NCBI GenBank assembly: GCA_963786955.1
Contig: CAWBAT010000005.1
Location: forward strand, 160,001-224,000
Length of the DNA: 64,000 bases
DNA from: an uncultured Acidimicrobiia bacterium
Lineage (GTDB): Bacteria > Acidobacteriota > Terriglobia > Versatilivoradales > Versatilivoraceae
Direction of reading: 5' to 3'
Position numbers and translations under genes: made by a program. Below, one piece after another: positions 53,697 to 63,812 of the stretch; within the stretch, counting starts at the first letter, position 1, and each line of letters starts with the position of its first letter. The notes below the pieces were generated by a model. That model made no database searches, was not told the origin of the DNA, and was given only the letters and a program-made list of their open reading frames with translations.

Positions 53697-54286
53697 ATCC
53701 GGTTCACTTCCTGCAAGAGGGTTGGATCAAAAGGCGAGAAGCGCTCGTGAATGTCGCTGCCCTCATTGAGAGGTTGTCCGAAGCACTCCACCCAGGCGTG
53801 GGCTTCAAGTAAAGCTGCTTCTTTACGCACACCGATTCGCAAGGTGCTCTCCATCCCATTCCGCCGCAAAAACCACCAGGTAACAAGCGACTGCTTGAGG
53901 CAGTTGGCCCGAAAGGGGCCGTGGTTAGCCGCGAGCCTCACCACTCTGGCAACGAGGGCTGCCTTGGCTTCGAGATCGGAGGGGCGAGAGCCTTTAGAGT
54001 CCACGGGAGTCAGTGGTTCGCTAGGGACACACCCCGGCACGCTCCCGCTTGCCACCCCTCTCAAGAGGGGACTTCTAGCCATGTCACCACCCCCTAGTCC
54101 TTCGAACAGTTCCTCCCCCTGTCTGTGTTCGAATGAAGGAGAAGCCCTTTGGGCTAGAAAAGAATAGATCCGCCGGAAGCCAAGGATGCGCATGGCCAAG
54201 GCCGCGAGTGGGAGCAGCAGCAAGGCCTGGAAAAAGATTTGCTTTTCTAAACGGCTCAGTTGAATAAGCTTGAAGAGTTTATTCAT
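53693..54286 (-). CDS. Lasso leader peptidase (B2)
   Basis: CLKQSL, LRIGVR and AHAWVE transglutaminase-like motifs. Confidence 0.92.
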   Translation of the reverse strand: MNKLFKLIQLSRLEKQIFFQALLLLPLAALAMRILGFRRIYSFLAQRASPSFEHRQGEELFEGLGGGDMARSPLLRGVASGSVPGCVPSEPLTPVDSKGSRPSDLEAKAALVARVVRLAANHGPFRANCLKQSLVTWWFLRRNGMESTLRIGVRKEAALLEAHAWVECFGQPLNEGSDIHERFSPFDPTLLQEVNRI

Positions 54287-54563
54287 CCTTAATCTCGACC
54301 AATTCCTGGTCCACTAGTTTTTGAAGTAAATCTTCCAGGTCTTTTCGAAGAATCTCGGGCTCCACCTCATATTCTGACAACAAGGTGTCATACGCTTCTT
54401 GCAGCGAGGGAGCTGTCGTCAAGACAGTCCACATGCGAGTACCCATTTCATCCAGTCCAAAATAGCGTTCGCTTTTAAGGCTGAGTATCACCGATTCACT
54501 ACCAAGAACATTGATGAGAGTATCCGATGGGATGGAAACGCGTGTTGTATTCGTTATGGTCAT
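54279..54563 (-). CDS. PqqD-family RRE (lasso B1)
   Basis: ESVIL...YFGLDE.G..MW and L..EYEV....L..DL..L...L pattern. Confidence 0.92.
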   Translation of the reverse strand: MTITNTTRVSIPSDTLINVLGSESVILSLKSERYFGLDEMGTRMWTVLTTAPSLQEAYDTLLSEYEVEPEILRKDLEDLLQKLVDQELVEIKDE

Positions 54564-54961
54564 AATCTTCTCCTGAAAGGACTCACTGCATAACTCGCGG
54601 AGGACATAGAAAATGGGCGGAGTGCACGCGGATAAACACGGGAACGATTAACCGCCAAGAACGCCAAGTACGCAGAGAAAAATGAGCCGCAAATGGAAGA
54701 TGGCGATTGGCGATTGAAAAGCTAACTCTCGCAAAGAACGCAGAGTGCGCAAAGAGAAATAAAAGAGTAAGTGTCGTCAATTAGACCTTGGGCCTTGTAC
54801 TACGGACTTTTGACCTCCTAACTTGCAATTGCTTTTTGCGTTTTTTGCGCCCTTATAGTTGTGCAATATTGCTTATTCTCTTGCCCCTGGCAGGGAAGGA
54901 GCCCGAAGGGCGACTGGAATGCCAGGGGCAAGAGAACTCATTTCGACAGCAGGAGCCCCTC

Positions 54962-55786
54962 TTGATCAACAACACCAGTTTGCAACGTTGGGACCGCATC
55001 AGTGCTAAATCCATTGACACTCAATTTAAGACCGCCATGCAGCGGGGGCTGAATTGTTCCCCTTTCGAAGCCCAGATCATGGTCGAAAAAGTCCATGAAC
55101 TTTATGGACCCTTGTTCGACAACTCAACCACTGTGCAGCCCGGACAGATTCAACTCATGGTAGTGGATGCCTCTGTGCCTCCCGGTGTTCCGCTGTCCCA
55201 AGCTGCTCAGAAGCTGGCCACCCTCACCCTGCTGGATAAAGAGGAAGACAACCAGATCCAGCAGCGGCAAACCATCCCGGCCCTGCGGCAACATCGTCTG
55301 ATGCGAGTTGCCGAAGAAGCCTTCCAGCAAGGGGGTCTGCTGACTTTGGAGGATCTGGCCCTGTTGTTTAATTGCGGCCTGCGCACTTTGGTTGGCGACT
55401 TGGCCGCATTGCGCCAGCAGAATCTGGTGCCGCCTCTTCGTTCCACCGTCAAAGACATCGGTCGAGCTGTAACCCATCGCCGCCTGATTGTCTCACTGTG
55501 GCTGGAAGGCAAAGAGTATTCCGACATCGCCTTGCATTCTCATCACAGCGTTTCTTCAGTGGCCAACTACGTGGAAAAATTCAAACGCTGTGCCGCCTTG
55601 CTCCAACATGGCTTTGATCTGACGACCACCGCTTTCCTGATTCGCTTGTCCGCCCCTTTGGTGGAGCAATTCCGCCAGTTGCATCAGACGGCCAAACCGG
55701 CGGTCCACCGGCAGCAGGAACTCTTGGGCTTCTTAAAAAAAAGCTCAGCCGATCTGCCGAGCCGCCCAACCCGGAGGTCCCAGTGA
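54962..55786 (+). CDS. DUF1670-like protein A
   Basis: PGQ, R..EEAFQQGGLLT.EDL, P.R..KDIG..VTHR and HS..SV.NY; AGGAG before the TTG at 54962. Confidence 0.75.
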   Translation: MINNTSLQRWDRISAKSIDTQFKTAMQRGLNCSPFEAQIMVEKVHELYGPLFDNSTTVQPGQIQLMVVDASVPPGVPLSQAAQKLATLTLLDKEEDNQIQQRQTIPALRQHRLMRVAEEAFQQGGLLTLEDLALLFNCGLRTLVGDLAALRQQNLVPPLRSTVKDIGRAVTHRRLIVSLWLEGKEYSDIALHSHHSVSSVANYVEKFKRCAALLQHGFDLTTTAFLIRLSAPLVEQFRQLHQTAKPAVHRQQELLGFLKKSSADLPSRPTRRSQ

Positions 55787-56532
55787 ATCCTCCGGCCCAA
55801 TCCATAAAACATTACCGCTCTGCTCAAAACCGCTTTCTCCGCCCTTCCATCCAGCGGTTTTTGCAAAGCCAGTGCCCCAAGCTTTTTGGCCCCTTGCTTG
55901 CCGAACGTTTGGCGGAAAAAATTGTCGAGCTAGTTGAAAAACAGTTGCCCCATAAAGATCATCTGCAGCCGGGCCAGATGGTCTGGAATGCGGTCTCTCA
56001 ACAATCCAGACCTAACAGCCCGAACCTGCAATTGCTCCCAGTCCTGTTGACGTTGGTCGATCCTTCCGATGTCGAGCAACTGGCAAAGGGCTCCTCGATG
56101 ACAACCATCGCTAAAAAGGCCATCGCCCGTATTTGCTGCGAGGCCCATCAACAAGGCGCCTTGTTGACCATGCGGGATATCGGCCTTTTTTGCTGGCGGC
56201 AAAACTCGAGGCTTTCCTCCTTGCGGGCTGCCTGGGAAAAAGAACATGACACCACTCTCCCACACAGCGGCAGTTTGCAGGACTTTGGCTCTTGTATCTC
56301 TCACAAAAAAACCATCGTCAAAAAGGCCATCCTTGACAAAAAAGACCCGAAACGGATCGCTCTCGAAACCAAACATTCACAAAAGGCCGTGGACCGCTAT
56401 CTGAAGGATTTCCATCGGGTCAAAACCTGTTTCCAACACAATCAAAGCCTCGAGTTCATCGCTCAAGTCACTGCCTTGTCACCTTTCCTGGTCAAACAAT
56501 ACGTGGAGATAATCAATGCCTCTAATCTCTAA
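55783..56532 (+). CDS. DUF1670-like protein B
   Basis: PGQMVW, RI..EA.QQGALLT.RD, G..QDFG..ISHK and HS..AVDRY; overlaps A by 4 nt. Confidence 0.8.
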   Translation: MNPPAQSIKHYRSAQNRFLRPSIQRFLQSQCPKLFGPLLAERLAEKIVELVEKQLPHKDHLQPGQMVWNAVSQQSRPNSPNLQLLPVLLTLVDPSDVEQLAKGSSMTTIAKKAIARICCEAHQQGALLTMRDIGLFCWRQNSRLSSLRAAWEKEHDTTLPHSGSLQDFGSCISHKKTIVKKAILDKKDPKRIALETKHSQKAVDRYLKDFHRVKTCFQHNQSLEFIAQVTALSPFLVKQYVEIINASNL

Positions 56533-56655
56533 AAAACAACTTGATACGCAATATTGCCTAATTTTTGCGGCGATAGCTGCTTTAGGCTTTTGACTTTCGA
56601 CCTTAGACCTTAAACCTGCCTTCTGTCTTTTGACTCCGGACTCTTGGAACTCTGA

Positions 56656-58152
56656 TCAATTCACTCTGGTAAAGGCACCGGCTGCTTTGGCGCGGACCGC
56701 CTCGCGGTTATCCCGCTCTGCCGTCTCCTCTGCTACATCACGCACAACCTCGCGAACGGATCCCTGCAATCGCTCGCGCAGGCCGCGGTGCAGCACCTCG
56801 ACAAAAGGGGCTACGATCATTGCATTATTGCCAGACTCAAACTTCCGGGTGAGATTGATATAACCAAAGCCATCCAGAGGAATCCTCAAGTGCCAGCAAT
56901 TATCCACCGTTTCCGTCCCTAGTTGTGCTTCGAAAACCTGTTCCAGCAAATGGCAGCGCACTTCGATGAAACCAAGGCTCTGGCAGGTTTCTCGAATGGC
57001 ACTCCAGAAATCTTCAACCGTTTTGGCTGCGGCCAGCGTCTCTTCAAAGCGCCGCAGGAGCAAATGCCCGCTCAGCATGCGCCGGAAAGCCCCTGCCAGT
57101 ACCAGGCGGCGGGCGACGCCGAACTCAACATAACCCAGGTGTTGCACCCCAACCCAGGTAACCGCGCAAAACAGCAGAATGATGAGCCCCTGGCCCCGGT
57201 TTTGCAGAAAACCTTGGAGTAACGAGAAGGCGGCTCCGAGCGCGCATAGCCCGTAGAGAACCAAAGCGACACGGCGGGGAGTGAATCCGCGATCAAGCAG
57301 ACGATGATGGATGTGTCCCCGGTCTGCCTTGAAAAGCGGCTCGTGGTGCAGATAGCGGCGCACCACCGAAAGGCAGACATCCAGAAGCGGAATGGCGAGG
57401 GTCATGAGGGGTGCGGTCATGCCCAGAAAGGTGGCGGACTTCTGGCTCCAGATCACCCCAAAACAGCCCAGCAGAAAACCAATCAACAGACTTCCGGAAT
57501 CCCCCAGGAAAATGGAAGCGGGATTGAAATTGTAACGCAGAAAACCCAGCAACGCACCGGCCAGAGGAATTGTGGCCAGAGCCAGCGGCACATTTTTCTG
57601 CAGTAAGGCGGCAACAAACGTCGTGACGGTGGCAAAGAGTCCCAGGCCCGAAGCTAGCCCGTCCACCCCATCAATCAGATTGAAGGCGTTCATGCAAGCT
57701 ACTAGCCAGAGAAGCGTCAGCGGCAATGTCCACCACCAGCTATCGGCGCCATGTCCTGCCACTGATAAGATGCGGACGCCGGCCCAGTAAGCGAGTAATG
57801 AAGCACTCACCTGGCCAACCAACTTTTGCCAAGGTCGCAACCCGAACAGGTCATCCGCCAGACCGACGGCGAAAATCAGGGCAGCAGCGGGCAAGAGCAA
57901 CAGAGCCTGATGAATATTTTTAGCAATGAGGTTGCCTGCGTTCAATGGGGACAGTAGCAGCAGCCCATAAGCAGCCAGATAGGCCGCTACGATTGGGACA
58001 CCCCCCATTCGCGGAATGGGATTTTGCTGCAGCTTACGCTGGCCATCGGGCTGATCCACCATACCCAGGCAACGAAAAGCGTTTCGGCACAGAGGGGTGA
58101 GGATCAACGAACAGAAAAAAGAAACAATTCCGAGTATGAGAAGTGAATACAT
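56656..58152 (-). CDS. WecA/MraY-family undecaprenyl-phosphate sugar-1-phosphate transferase
   Basis: PRMGG, DD, NAFNLIDGVDGL, FLGDSGS and DRGHIHH motifs. Confidence 0.93.
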   Translation of the reverse strand: MYSLLILGIVSFFCSLILTPLCRNAFRCLGMVDQPDGQRKLQQNPIPRMGGVPIVAAYLAAYGLLLLSPLNAGNLIAKNIHQALLLLPAAALIFAVGLADDLFGLRPWQKLVGQVSASLLAYWAGVRILSVAGHGADSWWWTLPLTLLWLVACMNAFNLIDGVDGLASGLGLFATVTTFVAALLQKNVPLALATIPLAGALLGFLRYNFNPASIFLGDSGSLLIGFLLGCFGVIWSQKSATFLGMTAPLMTLAIPLLDVCLSVVRRYLHHEPLFKADRGHIHHRLLDRGFTPRRVALVLYGLCALGAAFSLLQGFLQNRGQGLIILLFCAVTWVGVQHLGYVEFGVARRLVLAGAFRRMLSGHLLLRRFEETLAAAKTVEDFWSAIRETCQSLGFIEVRCHLLEQVFEAQLGTETVDNCWHLRIPLDGFGYINLTRKFESGNNAMIVAPFVEVLHRGLRERLQGSVREVVRDVAEETAERDNREAVRAKAAGAFTRVN

Positions 58153-58199
58153 ATTAGATCAATGGATTAATAAAATTGCCGATTGAAGAAGGGCAATAG

Positions 58200-58630
58200 T
58201 TCAGAGTCCGGAGTCAAAGGTCTAAGGTCAAATGTGCAAAATGTCGAATGTCGATTGCCAAATGTCGAATGAAACGCTGGTAGCCTCATTGAGCGTTATC
58301 GGCCTGCTGTTTTCTGCTTGCTGCCTTCTGAACTCTGACTTTTGACTTTAGACCTCAGACCTTGGATATTCATAAAGGGGGCGCCGGGGATGTCCTATTT
58401 TGTGAATTCTTCATTTGGCATTCGTCATTCAGCATTTATCATTTGTGACTTTGGACTTTCGGCCTTCGACATTGGACACTCATTCAGTTGGCTTTCCCCG
58501 TGTTCCCCGTGGTTCATACTCAATGTTTTCCCCCTTGTATTTAAGGGGGGATTACAGGGGGGTCCGCCCATAGCGTCCTTTGCGAGAATAAGTCTTTGAC
58601 CTTGGACCTTAGACTTTGGACCTTAGACTC
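58200..58630. repeat. Composite heptamer/nonamer repeat block
   Basis: Opposed heptamer runs, shared core at 58472 and a CCCCCTTGTATTTAAGGGGG unit. Confidence 0.8.
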
Positions 58631-59878
58631 TCGGTACTCACATGGCTCTCAAGACGAGATGCCACCGGGTAGTCAGCGAATGGCGATGCGCCTCTTGTCA
58701 TCAGCTCCGCCATTTGACCGCACAGCACTTCTTTCGAGAAAACACGCCTCTCTTGGGACTCTGTCCGAGGAATCCGGGTAGCTGTCAGGATGTGAGTAAC
58801 CACCAGATCCACCTGGCCGTGCGGGGCGATATAGGCGGGTCCCCCGAGCGGCCATTGCTGGACCAGATCGACAACATGGCTCTCAGTGGGGCCGACATAC
58901 AGGAAAGGGATTCCGAGGTGCAGAATGTTATAAACCTTGCACGGATGCAGAATCCCCACAAAGGGATCTCCCATCACGACCACATGCAGGTCGGCTGCGG
59001 AAAGCGAGCTGGAGAGCTGATCCAATGGTTGGTACGGCAGAGTAACGATATTATGCAGTCCATGGTGAAGTTGGAATTGCTTCACTTTTGCAAATTCGCT
59101 GCCCCCCCCCACGAAACAAAAAACGATTTCAGATTGCCCGGCCAGTCGCAAAGCTGCCTTCAGCAGGGTATCCAGGGAATGGCAAGGACTGTGATTCCCG
59201 GAATACATCACCACAAACTTCCCCGTAAGTCCGTGGCTGCTGCGAAAAGTCTTCGCGCCCGATTGAGTCATAGCCAATAACGTCGTCGTGGGACCAGGGC
59301 GGGATCACCGCGATCTTCTCTGCGGCGATACCTTTCTCAATCAGCCGCTGCTTCATGAAGCGATCTAGGACGACGAGAGTACGGGCTTCCCGGAAGCTGA
59401 AACGAGAGAAAGCTACCAGCAAGCGAGCCGCCACGGATCCCGGTTCAAGCCACCCGGCGGCCAGAGCTTCGTCAGGATTAAGATCCATCACCCAGCAGAT
59501 CAGTTGTCCTCCCCGAAGAGTGACTAGCAGCGCGGCAACAAAAGAGATTAGCGGAGGGGAGGTCATGGCTACGACCAGATCGAAGCGCGGCAACATCAGA
59601 CTACGGACTGAGCAACTCAGGATAAAACTCGCGAAGTTGAGCATTCGCCGCCAACGCGTATTTTTCCCTAGACCCAGGGACGAAATGCGAACGATCCGGA
59701 CTCCCTTCCAATTCTCCCGCTTTGGAAACATGAGGCTGGGATCATCATAGCCTCGAGCGCCGGCCAGAACTGTCACCTGATGGCCTTGTTCCGTCAAGTG
59801 GGTAGCCAGATCAGCCGCGTACTGAGCGGTGGCAACGACGTCCGGATAGAACGTCTGGTTCAAAATAAGAATTTTCAT
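58609..59878 (-). CDS. Glycosyltransferase family 4 (WcaI-like), frameshifted near 59260
   Basis: LNQTFYPD, TSPP, WVMDLNPD, YSGN and PCK.Y motifs. Confidence 0.88.
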
Positions 59879-60066
59879 TCGGAAATTTCTGATTACGCCG
59901 GTGTTATTATTTTTTAAGCGGTCGCCGGCGGATTTCCTGTTTGCTGGAGATTTTCAATCGACATTGGCATTTTCCATTTTCTGACCTCCGGACTCTAGCC
60001 TTTCGACCTTCGACCTTAGACCTTTGACTCTGGACTATTTATTTTGACCTTAGACCTTGGACCTAT

Positions 60067-61833
60067 TCATCCTTTTCCCGCCGCTGCAAACGCCTGTTTG
60101 GTTTCGCTCAGATGTATATTCTCGGCCTTTGCCAAGACAAAAGGCCCCATAACGAGCAAGTCCATCTGGGTTCGCAAAAAGCAATCCAAGGCTTCAGCAG
60201 GCGTATTGACAATAGGTTCATTCTCGTTGAAGGAGGTATTAAGCAGTACGGGCACTCCGGTGATCTCTTCGAAACGTTTGATAAGGCCCCAGTACAAAGG
60301 ATTCACATCTCGTTCAACCGTTTGCAGCCGGCCCGTACCATCGCCGTGGGTGACAGCCGCGATCCGCTCTTGCTGGTGGGGTTTGACCCGATAAGCCATC
60401 ACCATAAACGGAGAAGGATGGTCGATCTCGAAATAATCAGAAGTAGCCTCCGCCAAAATCGAAGGGCAAAACGGGCGAAACGGCTCCCGATACTTGATAC
60501 GGCGGTTCAAGATGTCCTTCATCTCCTTCCTTCGCGGGTCGGCCAAAATGCTGCGATGGCCCAAGGCGCGCGGGCCGAATTCCATCCGACCCTGGAACCA
60601 GCCTACGATCTTTCCATCGGCAATGGCGCTGGCCGTGCGATCGAGCAGTTCGCTCTCCTCAAGACGGTGATATACGGCGGCAGAGTCTTCCAGGGCACAG
60701 TCGATATCAGTCTCTCCATACGCCGGGCCATAATAGACATGCCTCATCACAAACGATCGGGGCTGCTTCAGCACTTGGTGTTGCACGTAGAGTGCGGCTC
60801 CAATCGATGTTCCCGCATCATGGGCAGCTGGCTGGATGTAAATTTCTTGGAAGGGAGTCTTCTCAAAGATCTTTCCGTTAGCCGCACAATTGAGGGCTAC
60901 GCCCCCGGCCAGGCAGAGCCGTTTGAGGCCAGTTCGTCGGTAGACTGTATTCAAAAGGGCAAAATAGTTTTCCTCCAAAACGGCCTGCACCGAAGCAGCC
61001 AGGTCGGCATGTTCGGGGAAGATTTCACTTCGGGCCAGGCGAGGCTTGCCAAAAACATCTGACATTTTCCCGGAAAAGACAGTTCCCAAGACCGGCTCCC
61101 CTGAATCCCAGGTCATATCGACGCCTTGGCTGTGATGCAAGAAATAATCCAGGTTCAGACGGCACTGTCCCTCGCGCGTCTGCACCACATCGCGCACTCG
61201 CGGAAGAAAGCGAGGCTCACCATAGACTGCCAGGCCCATCATCTTGTACTCATCGCCGTATTTGGGAAAGCCCAGGAATTGAGTGAAGGCGGTGTAAAAG
61301 AGCCCGAGCGAGTGTGGGAATCGCACCGACCCAAGAACCTTGATCTGGTTGCCTTTCCCGACGCCCCACATGACGCTGCTGAAGTCTCCAAAACCATCCA
61401 CCGACACTACGGCAGCTTCCTCGAAAGGCGAGGCAAAGAAGGCGCTGGCCAGGTGAGCGCGATGATGTTCGACATGATGCACTCGCGCCTGTGCCGGAAT
61501 ATTCAGGCCAGATTCGTGGATCTCGCGCCCCAACTGGGCAACGCGCCAGCTATTGCTGGCCCTACCCCTCACTCGGTTCCAATCGCCGGGTCGTGTGGTC
61601 ACACGCAGCAGTTTTCGCCAAAGCTGGGCGCGGGGATCGCGTGAAATGGCGACGTGTCCGAGCTCTTGAGCTTCCGTCCCTTTCAAACAGGCTTCAATGG
61701 CCAGAGCCGGGAATCCCGCCCAGTGTTTGACGCGATTGAAGCGCTCCTCCTCGACCGCGAAACTCAAGTCTCCGTCGACTAACAATGCAGCCGACGCATC
61801 CCCATGAAAAGCATTAATACCGAGAATATTCAT
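60067..61833 (-). CDS. NodU/CmcH-family O-carbamoyltransferase
   Basis: EEERF.R.KH, HH.AH, EYKMMGL, GGVALN, EFGPRALG and NTSFN motifs. Confidence 0.94.
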   Translation of the reverse strand: MNILGINAFHGDASAALLVDGDLSFAVEEERFNRVKHWAGFPALAIEACLKGTEAQELGHVAISRDPRAQLWRKLLRVTTRPGDWNRVRGRASNSWRVAQLGREIHESGLNIPAQARVHHVEHHRAHLASAFFASPFEEAAVVSVDGFGDFSSVMWGVGKGNQIKVLGSVRFPHSLGLFYTAFTQFLGFPKYGDEYKMMGLAVYGEPRFLPRVRDVVQTREGQCRLNLDYFLHHSQGVDMTWDSGEPVLGTVFSGKMSDVFGKPRLARSEIFPEHADLAASVQAVLEENYFALLNTVYRRTGLKRLCLAGGVALNCAANGKIFEKTPFQEIYIQPAAHDAGTSIGAALYVQHQVLKQPRSFVMRHVYYGPAYGETDIDCALEDSAAVYHRLEESELLDRTASAIADGKIVGWFQGRMEFGPRALGHRSILADPRRKEMKDILNRRIKYREPFRPFCPSILAEATSDYFEIDHPSPFMVMAYRVKPHQQERIAAVTHGDGTGRLQTVERDVNPLYWGLIKRFEEITGVPVLLNTSFNENEPIVNTPAEALDCFLRTQMDLLVMGPFVLAKAENIHLSETKQAFAAAGKG

Positions 61834-62226
61834 GAAATTTGTGGAGGATCGAGCTACTGCGAGACTGTTGTTATAGCCGGGCTCGTTGACCCCGGCCGGC
61901 CTCAGCGAGGCCAGCTACAGCCCAGGAGGGTCGAGTCCGCCAGATGGCGGAGGAGACTGGATTCGCCGACTGAGTGGGGACAGGCATCCTTGCCTGTCCA
62001 GTGGCTGGAAGCCACTATCAGCCACGCTACAGCGTGGCTCGACAGGCCAGGAGGCCTGTCGCTACCAAGTATCATGGCGTCGCGGAGCTCCGCCCACAAC
62101 AAATGTCCCCCTTGTATTTAAGGGGGGAATTCACGGGGGTAGCGACGTGGAGTTCCGTCCTCCAAATTCCTTGGCACTCCTGGAGAGTCGAACTCCTGCG
62201 AGACTGCCATTGTGATTTCGTCATTG

Positions 62227-62886
62227 CTAACTTACTTTGACAGTCGAACACAGCATGGACTTCCAGAGAAAAGGTAGTCTGCCTACGAAATGAATCGATG
62301 GCTCGGCAAATCCCTCGGATTTCAGCAAATTGGTTAGAGTCGTGGGAGAAAAGAATTTGACATGTCCCCCATCCCACAAGACGGTCATGTGCCGATCCAT
62401 TCTGCCCGAGACTGCCAGAGCCAGGTATTTGAGGTAGCCGTGGTAGGGCGTAGAAATGATGAGGCGTCCATCTTTTCTCAACACCTTTCTGGCTTGTCGC
62501 ACAAGCTCCCTGGGGTAGAGCAGATGCTCAATGACCTCGACAGAGATGACAAGATCAAACGGAGGCTGCAAATCGTCAAGGGGCAGGTCATAAATACTGG
62601 CCTGAAGGAATTGGCAATCAGGGAAATGACTCTTCGCGAGCCAATACCTGATTCAGATTGGTCAACCCCAACCACCCGATGACCTTTCATGGAAACGAGA
62701 TGACTCAAGACTTCCATTACCACATCCAAGGTCTAGAACATGGAGGCGCCTGCCAGTGCCGATTAACTCGAGCAATTTGGGGGCTACATACGTGTGAGCA
62801 CAGCCCAATTCCGCGATCGAGTAACCATACTCTACTAACGGAACGTTCTGTGAATCGCTAAGAGTTCTGGATATGGCTGTTGACAT
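62227..62886 (-). CDS. Class I SAM methyltransferase, frameshifted
   Basis: VLDLGCGNG, VVGVD.SESGI, FD.V.S.EVIEH and STPYHGY spread across three frames. Confidence 0.8.
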
Positions 62887-63810
62887 TATCGATGGGCGTC
62901 AGGTTGTCTAGCTTGAAATGGGTCGAGCTCCTGCGAGACCGGATTCTCTGACAATCTTGCTGTCGCGGCGTTGCCTTTCTGCTCATAGATTGATGCATCT
63001 ACCAGAAATCGAAACCAGCAACCCTGCAGAAAGTGGAAAATGAGTCCTTCCTTCCCATCGAGAAATCCCAGACGGAGGAAGTACCGATAGAACCAGTACA
63101 GAAAGGCGCGAGAAGAGAGGCAAGCGCAGATAAACTCCCTCCCGCAACCAGCGTCTTTTCTCGATTGGGTTCCCGCCCGCATCGGGCCGGACCCGATTTC
63201 CATTTTTGTGAACTCTCAAGATCTCGTCAGCTTCCAATTGGGCCCATCTTGTGTGGCGCAGAGTCCACGAACGCAGGTTGCAGGCAACAATATCGAGATA
63301 ATCATGCTTTAGTGCTTGCACTCGTCCGTTTACCAAGAAGTGTTGGTCATAGAGCCGGTCCTCGCAGGAGCCATGACTTCGGCGGAAGAGCCTAAGATGG
63401 TAAGAAGGATAGTGCCCCCCGTGGCGGACCCACCTGCCCATAAATATAGTGCGCTTGCGCAGCATGAATCCTTCGATGTCTTGGGGTGGGTTCTGAAGTA
63501 CCTGGTTAATCTCGGCAACCAGTTCAGGTGTGAGACGTTCGTCAGCATCAAGGTGCAGGACCCAATCTCCGGATAAGGGCAAATTATCCTGCGCCCAGTT
63601 CCTCTGTGCGCCGTAATGTTCAAAAGGATGGTGAAAGGTCCGGGCGCCAGCGGACTTTGCAATCTCGAGAGTTCCATCAGTGCTGCCGGAATCGACCACG
63701 AAGATTTCAGAATCCAGTCCTTTGAGGCTCTGCAGGCAACTGGGGAGATTGATCTCCTCGTTCATTGTCAACAGAATGACGGACAGTTTGGTTTCGACAG
63801 CATTCGTCAT
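62886..63810 (-). CDS. Glycosyltransferase family 2, frameshifted near the 3' end
   Basis: NEE.NL..CL, VDSGSTD and LDADE; C-terminal YFLRLGFLDG..G in a second frame. Confidence 0.88.
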
Positions 63811-63812
63811 GA

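Larger units (their letters stand above)
54855..56561 (+). mobile_element. Putative IS-like element carrying two DUF1670-like genes
   Basis: GCAATATTGC at 54863 and 56548, extending to a 14-bp inverted repeat with one mismatch; interrupts a host repeat; opposite strand to the surrounding operon. Confidence 0.65.
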
